Source: Octopus bimaculoides (Eukaryota). Taken from it: a DNA stretch of 63,494 nucleotides. The notes under the pieces were generated by a model. The model had not been told where the DNA came from and searched no databases. It saw only the letters and a program-made list of their open reading frames with translations. Where the stretch lies: the NCBI RefSeq assembly GCF_001194135.2, contig NC_068983.1, positions 152,342,071 through 152,405,564 of the forward strand, given 5' to 3'. This document shows, piece by piece, positions 36,830-50,190 of this stretch (within the stretch, counting starts at the first letter, position 1; each line of letters begins with the position of its first letter). The translations under genes were made by a program, and so were the position numbers.

Positions 36830-37155
36830 CCCCGGGCCGACCAAAGCCTTGTGAGTGGATTTGGTAGATGGAAACTGAAAGAAGCCTGTCGTATATATGT
36901 ATATATATATGTATGCGTGTGTGTGTGTATGTTTGTGTATCTGTGTTTGTCCCCCCCCCCCAACATCGCTTGACGACCGATGCTGGTGTGTTTACGTCCT
37001 CGTAACTTAGCGGTTCGGCAATAGAGTCCGTTAGAATAAGTACTAGGTTTACAAAGAATAAGTACTGGGGTCGATTAGCTCGACTAAAAAAAACAAAAGG
37101 CGGTGCTCCAGCATGGCCACAGTCAAAATGATTGAAACAAGTAAAAGAGTAAAAG
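36830..37155 (+). mobile_element. SINE family C, 5'-truncated
   Basis: Colinear with 25740-26149. Confidence 0.85.
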
Positions 37156-38277
37156 AACGGTGCAGAGGGGTTTGCTACATTCCGAGGTGAAATCACTGTA
37201 CGTATACTCCTTCCCTTTACCAACAACAGATTGAGCAACGTGATGTGTCAACTCAGTGACCATTTGGCAGGAAATTACTTGGGAAGATACTGGTTTTATT
37301 GCTATCAGACGTATGATATTTGTAAAGAAACATCACTTGGGGTAAGCCACACCCCACTGCACCAACGGAGGGTTAAGGAAGTCATGTACCCAGCATTACA
37401 GGGGTAAAACGAAAATCAGTTAAATTCACATTTTTATAAAATGAAATGTTAAAACCAAACTCGGATGGACATTTGAAATAGAGAAAGATGATGAATAAAT
37501 GTCTGTTGAAATTTAGTTGAGAGACTGGGAGTGAGAGATTCTTCTTGACCGCATTATTTATGGCATTTGAAGAACTAACGAACAGAACAAAACATCAATA
37601 CATTGGCTAACCATATATACAGTGATGGTAGTTTTACTTAGTGGGTTTAACTGATGAACTTTTGTCTTAGTGAGGATTGTAGATATTGATGTTGTGGCTG
37701 GCTATTTTGCAACTATAGCCCTGGTACAACACTTACTGGACAATTATAGTTGCCATGACAGGGGAGCCAAAAATAACATCAATAAGTTGATCTATTCACG
37801 ATTACAACTATATGCTCATTGCTACGAAAGCCGAACCCCAGTCTTGCTACAGTTCCAGATAGAGTATTGAAGGGGAGGAAAGGCCATTAGTAAGTCATTG
37901 GATTCTTCAGAGCAGCTTACGTTTCACTGATTATTTGCTTCAAATTTAAGGAGACTTTGTCATGTATTGTCCGAGGACGCTCCAGAAATATAAATATTTC
38001 TAACGTTATCCATTCGATATGCGTCAGCAGTTTAGTCTTGAAATATATAGTATCTGGTTTGGTTGTGCAGAGCTGCATAGATATAATTCAATGTCTCCGC
38101 ATGGTCCTTGGTTTGTGATCGCGACTGAAATCTACTAACTACTGTGTTCTGCTGTTTAAGATTCGCATAATATATGTGTCTGTATGTACAAGTATATACA
38201 GGCATACATTCACACACACCAACACACGCACACGCATACATATACGTATGTGTGCGTGCGCACGCGTGCGTGGCAGA

Positions 38278-38301
38278 GAGAGAGATAGAGAGAGAGAGAG
38301 A

Positions 38302-38353
<52 letters not shown>

Positions 38354-38362
38354 AAGAGAGAC
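38278..38362. repeat. (AG)n microsatellite
   Basis: Direct reading. Confidence 0.95.
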
Positions 38363-39254
38363 AGAGAAAAGCTGGGGGCAAAAGTACGAAACTAGACAGG
38401 GCTTGAAATATTAGTTGTTACGCAGNNNNNNNNNNNNNNNNNNNNNNNNNNNNNNNNNNNNNNNNNNNNNNNNNNNNNNNNNNNNNNNNNNNNNNNNNNN
38501 NNNNNNNNNNNNNNNNNNNNNNNNNNNNNNNNNNNNNNNNNNNNNNNNNNNNNNNNNNNNNNNNNNNNNNNNNNNNNNNNNNNNNNNNNNNNNNNNNNNN
38601 NNNNNNNNNNNNNNNNNNNNNNNNNNNNNNNNNNNNNNNNNNNNNNNNNNNNNNNNNNNNNNNNNNNNNNNNNNNNNNNNNNNNNNNNNNNNNNNNNNNN
38701 NNNNNNNNNNNNNNNNNNNNNNNNNNNNNNNNNNNNNNNNNNNNNNNNNNNNNNNNNNNNNNNNNNNNNNNNNNNNNNNNNNNNNNNNNNNNNNNNNNNN
38801 NNNNNNNNNNNNNNNNNNNNNNNNNNNNNNNNNNNNNNNNNNNNNNNNNNNNNNNNNNNNNNNNNNNNNNNNNNNNNNNNNNNNNNNNNNNNNNNNNNNN
38901 NNNNNNNNNNNNNNNNNNNNNNNNNNNNNNNNNNNNNNNNNNNNNNNNNNNNNNNNNNNNNNNNNNNNNNNNNNNNNNNNNNNNNNNNNNNNNNNNNNNN
39001 NNNNNNNNNNNNAAATTGTTAAAAATCAACTGACCACGTATAATGTCCCTTAATTGTGGGCCAAAACGCCTGAAGGTGAAGACGTACTGACCTCCCAAAA
39101 TAACATGACGATCAAACGCTCACACAAACGGAAACACCCTCTTATATACAAATATAAATGCAAACATAGTTAATTGAATGGTATTTGGAATAGAGTGTTT
39201 TCTGCAGATACATTAAATACATGCCCATACATACACATAAAATATTAATTTCAA

Positions 39255-39455
39255 ATTTTGGTACAATGCCAGCAACTTAGGGGGAGGGGGTAAGTCGATT
39301 ACATCGACCACAGTGTTGAAATAGTACGTGTTTTATCGATCCCGGAATGAGGAAAAGCAAAATCGACCTCGGCGGAATTTGAACTCGGAATCTAGAGAAA
39401 GACGAAATACTGCTTAGCATTTTGCCCGGCGTGCTAACGATTCTACCAGCTCGCA
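39255..39455 (-). mobile_element. Family-A SINE
   Basis: Reverse complement of the family-A consensus. Confidence 0.8.
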
Positions 39456-39639
39456 TACACGCATATATAAGTGTGTACCTATAGTAACGAAGCTAAAGCA
39501 TGCAGAGTGAAGCGAATTGGCAAAGATTGACCTTGGCGTCTGCGCTGCATGCGCACTAAGTTTTAACGCTCTAGCTCACTTCTGCTGCTTAGAGCAGTGC
39601 TTGGAAAGAAAGTGTGTAACGTGTGATCGTTGCATTGGC

Positions 39640-40065
39640 CTTGACAGAGAAAATTGTCATGACGATACCTGCTCAGAGGTCTACGCAAGTTTACAGAAAG
39701 TGTATGGAGAGTGTATGAGCCGCACACGGGTGTAGTAGTGGTTCAGACGTTTCCAAGATCGCTGAAAAAATGGCAATATTGTCTGGGAGACCCGCAACCC
39801 GCAGAACCGAGAAAAACATCGCAAATGTGTGTGCAGCTGTGAGGGGAAATTGTCGATTCATCATCTGTGAGTTATCAGAGGATGTGCAGATTGGTTACAG
39901 TTGTTCAGTTCAGTACATTATCACTGAAGATCTGGGTATGAGACGCCTGTTTGCCAAGTTTGGGACAAAACTGCTTTCAGCTGATCAAAAAAGTCACTCA
40001 GGTTTCAGTTGCATAAGATCTCTTTGAGTGTGTCAAGAACGACGAAAAATTTCGAAAACTTTGCG
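39640..40065 (+). mobile_element. Mariner transposase N-terminal relic
   Basis: EVYASLQKVYGE.CMSRTRV..WFRRFQD...SGRPATRRTEKNIANV...ICELSEDVQIG..IITEDLGMRRLFAKF. Confidence 0.7.
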
Positions 40066-40094
40066 TAGGCTTCTGAGCAGGTATCGCCAAAATT

Positions 40095-40472
40095 AATTGC
40101 GTAGTAAGAAGCTTGCTTCCCAATGATGTGGCCTTCGGTTCAGTCCCACTGTGCGGCACCTTGGTCAAAAGCTTTCTATTACAGCTTCAGGCCGCTCAAA
40201 GCCTTGTGAATGGATTTGGTTGATGAAAACTGAAAGAAGCCCGTCGTATGTTGACAGTTTTCGAAATTTTCTAACCCCAAAAGNNNNNNNNNNNNNNNNN
40301 NNNNNNNNNNNNNNNNNNNNNNNNNNNNNNNNNNNNNNNNNNNNNNNNNNNNNNNNNNNNNNNNNNNNNNNNNNNNNNNNNNNNNNNNNNNNNNNNNNNN
40401 NNNNNNNNNNNNNNNNNNNNNNNNNNNNNNNNNNNNNNNNNNNNNNNNNNNNNNNNNNNNNNNNNNNNNNNN

Positions 40473-40507
<35 letters not shown>

Positions 40508-40728
40508 TGTGTATGCGTGTGTGCGTGTTTGTATTTGTCTCCTACTGCCATTTAACAACTGGTATTACTTTGTTTACGTACCCGTAGCCTAGCAATTCGA
40601 TAAAAGAGACCGAAAGGTTAAGTATTGCTTAACAAGTTCTGGGTTCGATTTGTTCGACTGAACAGTTCAAGGCGGCACCCCAGCACGGTCGCTGTCCAAT
40701 AGCTGAAACAAGGAAAAGATAAAAGACA
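40095..40728 (+). mobile_element. SINE family C with gap
   Basis: Head, core and tail motifs as at 25653-26149. Confidence 0.75.
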
Positions 40729-41304
40729 GGCTAACCGTACAAACATATTGTTTTTGCCGACGCAGATTGGTTAAACACAATTGCCAAAGTAGTTACTCTA
40801 ATTACAACACAATTTCGTTTCCTCTCGCAGTTGTCAGAAAAGGAAATCAATCCAACTAATTTCAAGTTTTATCGAACTCACATCAGATATCGTTTACTCC
40901 TTTTCTGTTCATAGAGAGAATAGCTTAAAAGACATAAATACATAATAGCTGTAAGTATAAACTCAGCACTAAATTGGTCTTCTTAATGTGCACAACGGTG
41001 CAGGTGTCGTGAAAATTAGACAGAGCAATTTCGTTCTGTCTGTGCATATTACAAATAGCTGTAAGCTATTATTCTTTCTATGGGCAGAAAAGGTATTAAT
41101 GAATCAATGAAGTGTGTCCTTGCTATAGTAATGACACAATTCGTAAATTCCTACGTTATTAATATAAATATAGATGCATGATAAACAGACGGGCGTCTAT
41201 CTTTAATAAACATGTTTAACCTAGCTAGGAAAATACGAAAATTAAACACCAGTGTTATTTAATTTTTCAAGATACTTTCTATCTAAAGTTGCAGCGAGAG
41301 CTAG

Positions 41305-41450
41305 ATATGTATGTGTGTGTGTGTGTGTATGTGTGTGTGTGTGTGTGTGAGTGTGTGTGTGTGTGTGTATGTATGTATATAGTTACTCACACACACACGC
41401 ACACACGCACGCACACACACACACACACGCACACACACACACACACACAC
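41305..41450. repeat. (GT)n followed by (AC)n
   Basis: Direct reading; the two tracts are mutually complementary. Confidence 0.9.
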
Positions 41451-41521
41451 GTACTTTTCTTCAACCTCTTTAATTCTCTATATCATTTGTATTCTTTGTA
41501 AGTCGGACCATTTTGTGTGTA

Positions 41522-42408
41522 CGACGGGGTACCCAAAAGTAAGCAGAAACGTTCTCGGTTGGACAAATTCGTTGTAGTTCATGTTTCCGCCGCTGCCAGC
41601 TACTGGATCCAACGTTCAGGTATCAGTCAGCCGACTGTCGTTGCCCTGTGGGGGGTCATGCTGCCACACTGTCTTTGTTTTGCAGTGCTTCTTCCCTGTT
41701 CGTCGATTATTGCGATGGTCGAAACGAAGAAACAGCGTCCTTCCGCGAAATTTTGCTTTCTGCTGCGAAAAACGGCGGCCAAAACAGTTGTCATGCTTCA
41801 AACGGCTTGCAAGGTCGCTGTTATGAGCAAGACACCAGTTTCCGAGTAGTTTTCATGCTTTAGGAATGGTCACTTGTCTCTTGAGTACCAAATCTCGTTC
41901 AGGGCAACCGTCGACCACCCGAACGAATGAAAACATCACGAAAATTCATGAGCAGATCTGATGAATTTGTTGATATGACTGGTGCGTCCTGGAGTTCCTA
42001 CCAACGAATTTCGAGCGATGAATTCCGAATGAAAAATGTTGCAGTAAATATTTGTGCCTCGCTTGCTCGCGGAAGATCAAAAGGTGTCATGAATGAATGC
42101 GTGTCGTGAACTGAAAGAACAGTTGGAAGTTGATCCGGACCTTTTTTTTTTCGAAGGTCATCACTGATGACGAAAACTGGTGCTGCAGAATTTGTAGATG
42201 TGGGGGAGGTGAAGATAAAAACGACGGAAGCATTAAAAGGCGTCACTTCGTAAGAGTTCTAGCACTACTTCGAGCAGTGGAAGACGCGTCTGAACCGATG
42301 CATTGCTTCAAATGGAGAATACTTTGAAGACGGTAAGAGTGCAAACATGTAAAACTAAGTGAGTAAAATATTATTGCAAAATTCCGGTTTCTTTTGGGTA
42401 GCCCTTCG
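41522..42408 (+). mobile_element. Mariner (DD34D-type) internally deleted element
   Basis: TA-flanked TIRs CGA(C/A)GGG(G/C)TACCCAAAAG; QRPSAKFCFLLRKTAAKTVVMLQTA, VITDDENW, FEQWKTRLNRCIASNGEYFE. Confidence 0.85.
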
Positions 42409-42659
42409 TATATACGTTTACAAAAACAGACATTCATACACATTAATATTTTCGTTAATATAAAATTATTTATAAATGAAGTTGGACATTAAATTGAAAG
42501 ATCGCTCAATACTTTTCAATTGCCTACTATATTATGATTGAAATAAGTAAAAGAGTAAAGAGAGAGATCACCACTATAAGCAGTTGCTTATGAGGAATAG
42601 TTTTTTTTTTCGAGAGATGGTCATTTCTTCAATTAATTCAATGATTATATTATTTCAAT

Positions 42660-42860
42660 AAACGCTGGCAGAATTGTTAGCATGCTGGGGAAAATGCTTA
42701 GCGGCATTTCGTCCGTCTCTATGTTCTGAGTTCAAATACCCCCGGGGTCGACTTTGCTTTTAATCCTTTCGGGACCCATGAAATTATCAGTTGAGTACTG
42801 GGGTCGATGTAATCGACTTACTCCTTCCCCATAATTGCTGGCCTTGTGCCAAAATACGAA
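42660..42860 (+). mobile_element. Family-A SINE
   Basis: Matches the family-A consensus. Confidence 0.8.
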
Positions 42861-44383
42861 ACCACTATTACTTTAATAAACCAGATCATTCCTTGGTGAT
42901 GGTTCATATTTTTAAACAGTTGCTTGCTACTGCATCAGTATCTACCCCCTCTTCCCTATTTTCCTATGGAACGGTTAATTTTTTGAGGACGTGTAATCCT
43001 TCGAAGTTGAATCCTCGAGAATTGTCACGTGTTTGCTGAATGTTGTTTCGTTAGTTTATTTTATATTTTTATGTTTACAAACGAAAGAAGGGGGGCGGGA
43101 AGATTGACAGAATGGATTTTAGTGACTTTCCTTGGAATTCTCCGCTTCAACCTCGTTATGATTGTTGTTAACTTTCATCCTTCTAGAATTGATCAATTAA
43201 TGTACCAGCCAACCATTCACCGGAACAATTTTTATCGACTTCGCATCACCTCTTAAATTTGTGGTATTGCTTCTATATTAAAAGTCATCACTGCGCCGAT
43301 AAAGAAGAGCAATAATTGGCCGAACCAGTAGAGCATTGGTTAAATATACTTTGTCTTTCTGAGTTCTAATCTCGCCTGAGTCTTTTAAAAAATTATTTTC
43401 CATAGATACTGCTCATGCACTGGTACTGTTCTAATTGATATTGCGATTACTCTAAATTTCTAACGTTGTTCTTAAGTTTAAATATCATGGTAAAGGGGGG
43501 GGGTAGTAGTAAATGACAGAATCGGTGGAGTACTGACAGTATGTCGTGTGATATTTAGTTACGTTCTTTTTCTATTTAAAGTTCAAATCCCAGCGGAACC
43601 AACATTGGCTTTCTTCCTTCTGGAATTAATGAAATAAGAGCTACTCAAGTACTGGCAATCGATTTAAGACTATATTATCTCCCCCTCATCAATTTGTGGC
43701 CTTGTGCCAATGTAAGAAATCATTATAATTTTGTTGTGAGGAAAAGAGAGAAGATGCGGGATAAAGAAAACGAAAGAGAAAAGGGGGTGAGAAGGGAGAA
43801 CATCAGAAAGAGGAGAAAAGGGAGAGAGAAAGAGATAGAGAGAGAGAGAGAGAGTAAAAGAATATTGATTTTTGTGTCGTCTATGCTAAAGGGCCAATTT
43901 TTGGAGGGGATATTTACGTGTATAGAAGTTTGAATCGAGTCCAGTATAATACTTGATTCGCGTTTCTGATGAAGAGTTCCTTCACCACCACCACTAGCAC
44001 CACCACTAGCATCACCACCACAACCAGCACCAGCACCACCAGTACAACTACTACCAAGAACAACGACATTTCCCATTTTGAATCTAGAGGTTGTTGTGCG
44101 AAGGAAGTTTAGCCTCTATTTCTAGCATGTTGAGTGACCTCAAAGAAACTTTCAATAAGCATGTGTATTGTATGTGTAGAGTAGTTGAAATGATATAGTA
44201 GTGTATTACACTGCAGTGGTGTAAGCTGCTGTTATTCCAACCGTGACCACCTCGTTTACTTTAAGATACAGTGTGTGCATTATTAAAACATAGAGTGAAA
44301 TTTGAAGGAAATTTAGTTCTTTTGCTGGTTGTATCGAAGTGTAGTCTAGTGGAGTATAGCATCATATACGTTGTAGTACAATG

Positions 44384-44412
44384 CAGTAGTAGTAGTAGTA
44401 GTAGTACAATGC

Positions 44413-44479
<67 letters not shown>

Positions 44480-44507
44480 CGTAGTAGTAGTAGTAGTAGT
44501 ACAATGC

Positions 44508-44560
<53 letters not shown>

Positions 44561-44599
44561 CAGAAGCAGCAATTCTGGTAGTAACAGCTGCAGTAGTAA

Positions 44600-44683
<84 letters not shown>

Positions 44684-44780
44684 CAACAGCAGCACGGACA
44701 GAAGTATTAATAGTAAGAGTAGTAGCAGCAACAGCAGCAGTAGTAGTAGTAGTAGTAGTAGTAGCAGCAGCAGCAACTGC
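44384..44780. repeat. Long compound (GTA)n/(ATT)n/(GCA)n microsatellite
   Basis: Direct reading. Confidence 0.95.
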
Positions 44781-45072
44781 ATATCCTTTGCTAAAGCAGA
44801 TTTGTTTTCAAATGTCTGTCAGTCATGATTATTCTATTGTTTTGGTTTAGTCCATGTGTATCCAGTGCTAAGTTACTTAATGTGTCCTACCTGTTTTAAA
44901 GCGACGGAGGAAAATTTTAAGAAAATTCAGCTGTTACTTCTTGCAGGTCAAGCTACCATATAGCGACTCTCTTGTTGGGCCATGAATTATTCCACCGCTG
45001 TTGTTTTAGTCCCAGATCAGATCTGGTTCAGTCGAGCTTCGATCAAAATATTCAAGCTATGAGCATCTAGTC

Positions 45073-45431
45073 CGGTGGTTCTCAACCGAAGTCCATATAA
45101 AATATTTTGGGGTCCACGCAAGCAAAATAGTCAATGGGAACCACAGTAGTGATTTAAGGGTCCGTAAAAATGTTTTGTTTTAGATGTGTTTGTTGCAAGA
45201 AACAGCAAGGTTTCTTTCTTCGACGCTTAAGAAAGTACAACCTGTTTTAGTATTGTTCTCCAAAAGAGTACTACAGCAAACCTACGCAAGTGAATGAATG
45301 AAAAACAAAGTAAGAATTTTGAAAGATGTATCTATAAAACTGGTGTTTAAATGTTGAATGGCTACGGGGTCCACCAGGATAATTTAGTCATCAAAGGGGT
45401 CCATACATTAAAAAATGGTTGAGAACCACTG
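45073..45431. mobile_element. hAT (Charlie-like) MITE
   Basis: TIRs CGGTGGTTCTCAACC / GGTTGAGAACCACTG; TSD ATCTAGTC (45065-45072) / ATCTAGCC (45432-45439). Inserted in a family-G repeat. Confidence 0.85.
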
Positions 45432-46373
45432 ATCTAGCCTTTCTGTATACCGAGCATTACATAGGCTTATGGACCCTTCCTTTTTTAAAGAAATTATGGT
45501 GGGATTTGGAAATAATCTGGCTGTTATTTCTTACAATTTGAGCGACCATGCAGTGACTCTATCGTTGGCATAATCTCTACAGAATTTTCACCTGTATGTA
45601 TAAGTGTAACTTATTTTTCTTCATACGATGACAATTTATCTGTTTGCATACGTTCAACTTTACGGCAAAACCCCCAATGATGCAAAAAACATGAAAATAT
45701 CGAGGCATATTTTCAGAAATACATTCGTTTATCTGTCGCTAATTAATAATTGATATTTTAAATGTTCCATGTTTTAATTCTATGTTTTCCTAATGCCCTC
45801 AAGCTTGATGCTTGAAATTACAGTTGATTTATAATACTAGCTTCATCCGACAAAATTATTCTTTTCTTTGGTGAATAGGAAAATAAAAGAAAAATGTATA
45901 TAATTAATGTCTTTGTGATCTAACCTTTTAAATTTCCTATGCAGTATAATCTAGCCTCCATTTGGCTTAAACCATTGTTCAGCGACAATTAAGCAGGAAA
46001 ATTATATTAATAATATTTATTGACTATCAATTTTTATTTCCGGGCACTGTGTATTTAGTACGATGTTGTCCAATTTACTTTCTTATAAGATAGTAGAGTG
46101 TTATGTAGAGAGATTTCCTGTTTTATTAGAGGTCGAGTGTCTACGGGCCGGCTCCTTCGTTGACTCTTTTCGTTGTCTTGTACAGTGTAGGGCAGTGAAT
46201 ACAGTGTATAACAGAAATATTGTCGAGGTAATCTGCAATGTAATGCAACGAACCATAATAGCGTGCCAAGAGAAGAATGTAGTGTGGTGTAACACATCAA
46301 TTTTGTACAATGTATCCAAATATTTTAGATGAAATGTGGAATAGTATGAAGTTGTGGAGTGGAGGTATACGAA

Positions 46374-46547
46374 GTATTAGTCGTAGTGTTGAATTTTGTG
46401 ATGTATTAGTCGGAACTTAGGAGTGTATGATATGTTTGTTGCAGTTTGGAATTGTTTTATGTATTAGTCACAGTTTGGAATTGTATGATGTGTTAGTTGC
46501 AGCTAAGAAGTGTATGATGTGGCGCGTGTAGTTTAGAAGTGTATGAG
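46374..46547. repeat. Degenerate 29-bp minisatellite, 6 units
   Basis: Units such as GTATTAGTCACAGTTTGGAATTGTATGAT and GTGTTAGTTGCAGCTAAGAAGTGTATGAT at exact 29-bp spacing. Confidence 0.7.
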
Positions 46548-47439
46548 GTATACTACTATAGTTTAGTAGAATGCAATATTGTAGAGGAGAGAGTAGTTAT
46601 AGTTGTTGTTTAGAATTAAGTCGACCCAGATCGAACGGACATAAGATAAAAGACTTTCAAGTCCTGACAATAGCGTAGAGGTATCTAGGATTACATTACT
46701 TTCTATTTTAATACGATAGAGCGTGATTTGAGAGAGATTAGACTGCTATTTCTAGCAGGTCGTACAGCAGCGTAGAGGCTTCTTTGTTGCCTTTTTGAAC
46801 GTTACAGAATTTTGTTTTGTGGAATAATGCTTCAAGTGGTGTCGGTATTTGTAGACTGTGAACTAATATATCAGTAGATGCTTCAATGTCACGATTTGTT
46901 TCTATAGTTCAATATTTCAATATAAGCTGTTTGGTTTGATCATTTTGTACGAATTTGATCTTTTTGGCGGCGCTGCATGAAGTTTAAAACATCGATTGGC
47001 TGCTGTGGAATAGTTCCAATGTCTTTATATTTCAAATAGATGTCTTATAGGTGTCAAAGCGACAGCACATTTTCCTGTTTCCGTATTAATTGTATTATTT
47101 TCTTTCTTTCAAACAAGTTTTAATTCTCCATTCTGACATCACGTGAATACTGGAAAGTTGATAAAGTATTGTATCGAAAGTTGTGTAACATATCGATCCT
47201 TTCAACAGATAGTTTCACAACTTATTTTCTTGTTATATAAGGAAAAACCTGCATTTGAAAAGTTTTGTCACCTTCCTCTTTCGAGGTTTCAAAAATAGAT
47301 CAGCTAAGCCCAAAAATAGAATGCTGTTCCTATATACTAGGCTTTATCGAAAAGAAAATTCTCCAGCTGATTAGTAAAAAACTTACCGACATACTACAAT
47401 CTTTTGCACTCGAATGGTTTCTCCTAAACCTCCCTATTC

Positions 47440-47720
47440 TTTTCTATTAGTACTAAAATGGCATGGTTTTCTCAGAAGTAGCTAATTGCATGCCAACTCC
47501 ACCCAGACACAATCGCACATCCGACAGAATCAACGTTCCTTACGTTACTCATTTTTTATCTTACCAACTTTCAGCCAGAACTTGCACAAACCGTTATACT
47601 GAATCCTGCTTACCCAATATGTTATTCCACTGGAAGTCCTTTTCTGCCTCCGTTTTTCCTGCTGATATCGACTTACAGACGCTTAGATTAAACATTAACC
47701 GCATTAATCTCACGAATGTG
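47440..47720 (+). mobile_element. CR1/Jockey-group LINE C-terminal relic
   Basis: RTCTNRYTESCLPNMLFHWKSFSASVFPADIDLQTLRLNINRINL resembles LINE ORF2 C-termini (..WNSLP.SVFP..YNL..FK..IN). Confidence 0.4.
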
Positions 47721-48929
47721 GGAGATCAGCAAAGGCTACAGACGCAGCTTTTCCTTCCTCACTAAATTTCTAAAAAACGCAAAACCCTTTTTTTGTTATG
47801 GGAATCTACCAATTTATTTCTCACAACGTACGCAATATAGAATATCACCAGACAGTTTTGCATAAATTTGATATGTTGCTTTTTTCTCTTAAATTTATGT
47901 TTGCTTTTGTTGAGTAGTTTCACATTAAACTGTACTGAACGACCCTATGATTATATGAAATCTAGACATGATCCTTTCATTTGTTTTTTTCCCCATCCAT
48001 ACTATGCTTAAGACTACCTCATCCGATGTGTCAGTTGTTTTATTTTTTGTACGAAGGCAATAGCGTTTGAACAATTTGCCAGTAATTTTTAGTAAACTGA
48101 GTAACAATGTTGAGGCTTCTCAATTAGAGAATTGTTATTTTCATTGTTGCTGTTATTTATACAACAGTTTTTGCTCATTAACTTCAAGTGAAACCCTTAT
48201 CAAGTAAACCTGTGATCAAGAATGTTTCAGCTGTGATCTCATTTTTGCTTTTCAAATAAAATATATCTACGTACTCACTAGTCACTGTGATAATATGACA
48301 CACAGTTTTAAAAATGACAGAGTGTCATATGAGGAAAATTTGCCTGCTATTTCTAGTAGATTGACTATATACACATTTCCCTAATTGTTATAATGTTGTT
48401 GTTGCTGTTGTTCTTGTTTAAGTCCAGCTAAATTCTAATTAATGCGAATTCTGATCAAAAGTGTTGAATCTGTGACCATACGTCTTTCATAAGGTATAGA
48501 ACTATATACTTTCTTAACTTTTTAGGGAAGTGAGTTCAAGTAAGTATGACTGCTATTTCTAGCCGTTCGAGCAACCGCATAATATGTCTCGATGTAACTG
48601 TACGCTCTAAAGACTCTAACTACTTCCATATTAAGTATGTTTCATTTCCACTTTTTATAGAATTTCGAATGTTTGGTGCGCACCTGTAGTTGGAGCTTTA
48701 CTTATTACCGACGTGAATGTCTAGACATTTTAACTGAAGGCTTTAAAAAGCTCGTACATAATATATGGTACATCATCTATTCTGCACGAAAATGGTGCAA
48801 CTGTGTAATAAAATAGAAATACTAAGAAGAAAGGTGAGATAAGAGAAAATAAAATATATGGTCCAATTCAATAAGTCAGAAGATATTACCACCACCATAA
48901 CATCTACTGTTTACACTTTTTCATTAACA

Positions 48930-50190
48930 ACAGAAGAATGCTACAAAAAGAATATCAGTTGCTTTCTCTATGACTGGAGTGTCTCCGCAGCTCGACAGTG
49001 CAGCCCTGTACGAGACTAGTAACATTTTGCAGCATCCATTCAGTGTCTTTATAGTAGAATTTAAGGTAAAACGAGTCAGTGAAGCCTTGTAATGCAGAGT
49101 CTCCAAGGATCAGAATGTATCATAGGATCAAGGTGACAAAAAGAAGGAAATGGAAGGCTGAAAAAGCAGTGCAAATGGCAGAATCTCGTTTAAGGCAAAA
49201 AGAACTGGTGGGTGTCTTGACAACTGTCAGAACCGGCTTGAAATACTAGTCAAAGATCCATGTTGGCTAGGTCTAGAGCAAAGAGAGACATAATCTCATT
49301 CACAAGTGGTCCACGCAGGCGCAGAGGAAGAGATAGGGTTCAAATTGCAGGGAACATGTGTAGCAACGCAGACTTACTTGATCAGATATTATGCAAGTAA
49401 ACCTCTATTATATATGGTTCTTTGTCCAGGTTGTTTATGATTCCTTGTAAAGTTCTGCTCACTTTGACATCTGGAACAAGAATGCATCACCATCTTGTTC
49501 GTTTTCTCTGAAAGAAAACTCTTAAAACATCTCACTAGCTGTCCCAAAGCCACTAGAAAAGATAGCTCTCGTTGGTACCATGATCAAGTTCTGAGGCGGT
49601 TGCTAAGAGCTAGTCACTGCCATCAGCTTGAAAGAAGAGAATTAAATTTGTTAAAATTAGACAGAAACAATATATAAAAAAAACAAAACAGGTGGGTCTT
49701 CTCTGCATTACATCTAGCTGGCAAATGCATGTTTGTCTTGACAGACTGCTGAAATTTCTACAGTATGCAGCACCAACATCACTACGGCCAGACATGAGTT
49801 TTATTTCTGAAGGAAAAGCAAACGAACAAAAAAAGCAAATGTTGATCCTGAAACAGGTGCCCGGAGAAGAGTTTGTTAATCAAGTCTCAAAGGAATCGTC
49901 CTAAATACCAAGAACTTGTGGCTTAATGCTTGAACAGAGGCTAGAAAATATATTAAAAGCCTATAGAGGTGGAGTATAAAGCTTTGCAAGAATACTGGCT
50001 CTACAAGATTCTCAACTGATTAGGCTTTACAGGGGTGGCATAGTTGAAGGCCATTAAGTCTGCAAACGGAACCGTAGAGTAAGTCAACTTGAGGGTTTGG
50101 ATTTAGAGGGATGGGCTACGCACTGCTGCTGGCAGGGTGCAAATCGGAAGCTGATCAAACCCAGCTGAGCACCTGTCTAATGTAGAAGGG
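48930..50190 (+). mobile_element. Decayed HERO-like RLE non-LTR retrotransposon 3' part
   Basis: RKWKAEKAVQMAESRLRQKELVG.., RWYHDQVLR, WQMHVCLDRLLKF..TSLRPDM.. and PIEV match HERO/R2-like zinc-knuckle and RLE regions. Confidence 0.65.

Noticed and set aside
37190-38000. Possible decayed RLE-type LINE on the minus strand
   Set aside because: I could not recover diagnostic motifs with enough confidence.
43955-43985. CTGATGAAGAG motif
   Set aside because: No downstream GAAA or pairing stems on the same strand.
44261-44782. 173-aa poly-L/I/Y ORF
   Set aside because: It is translation of a (GTA)n/(ATT)n microsatellite; the same applies to the HTHT, YIYI, ERER and CVCV ORFs.
46374-46547. CRISPR-like periodicity
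   Set aside because: No unique spacers, eukaryotic context, no cas genes; it is a minisatellite.
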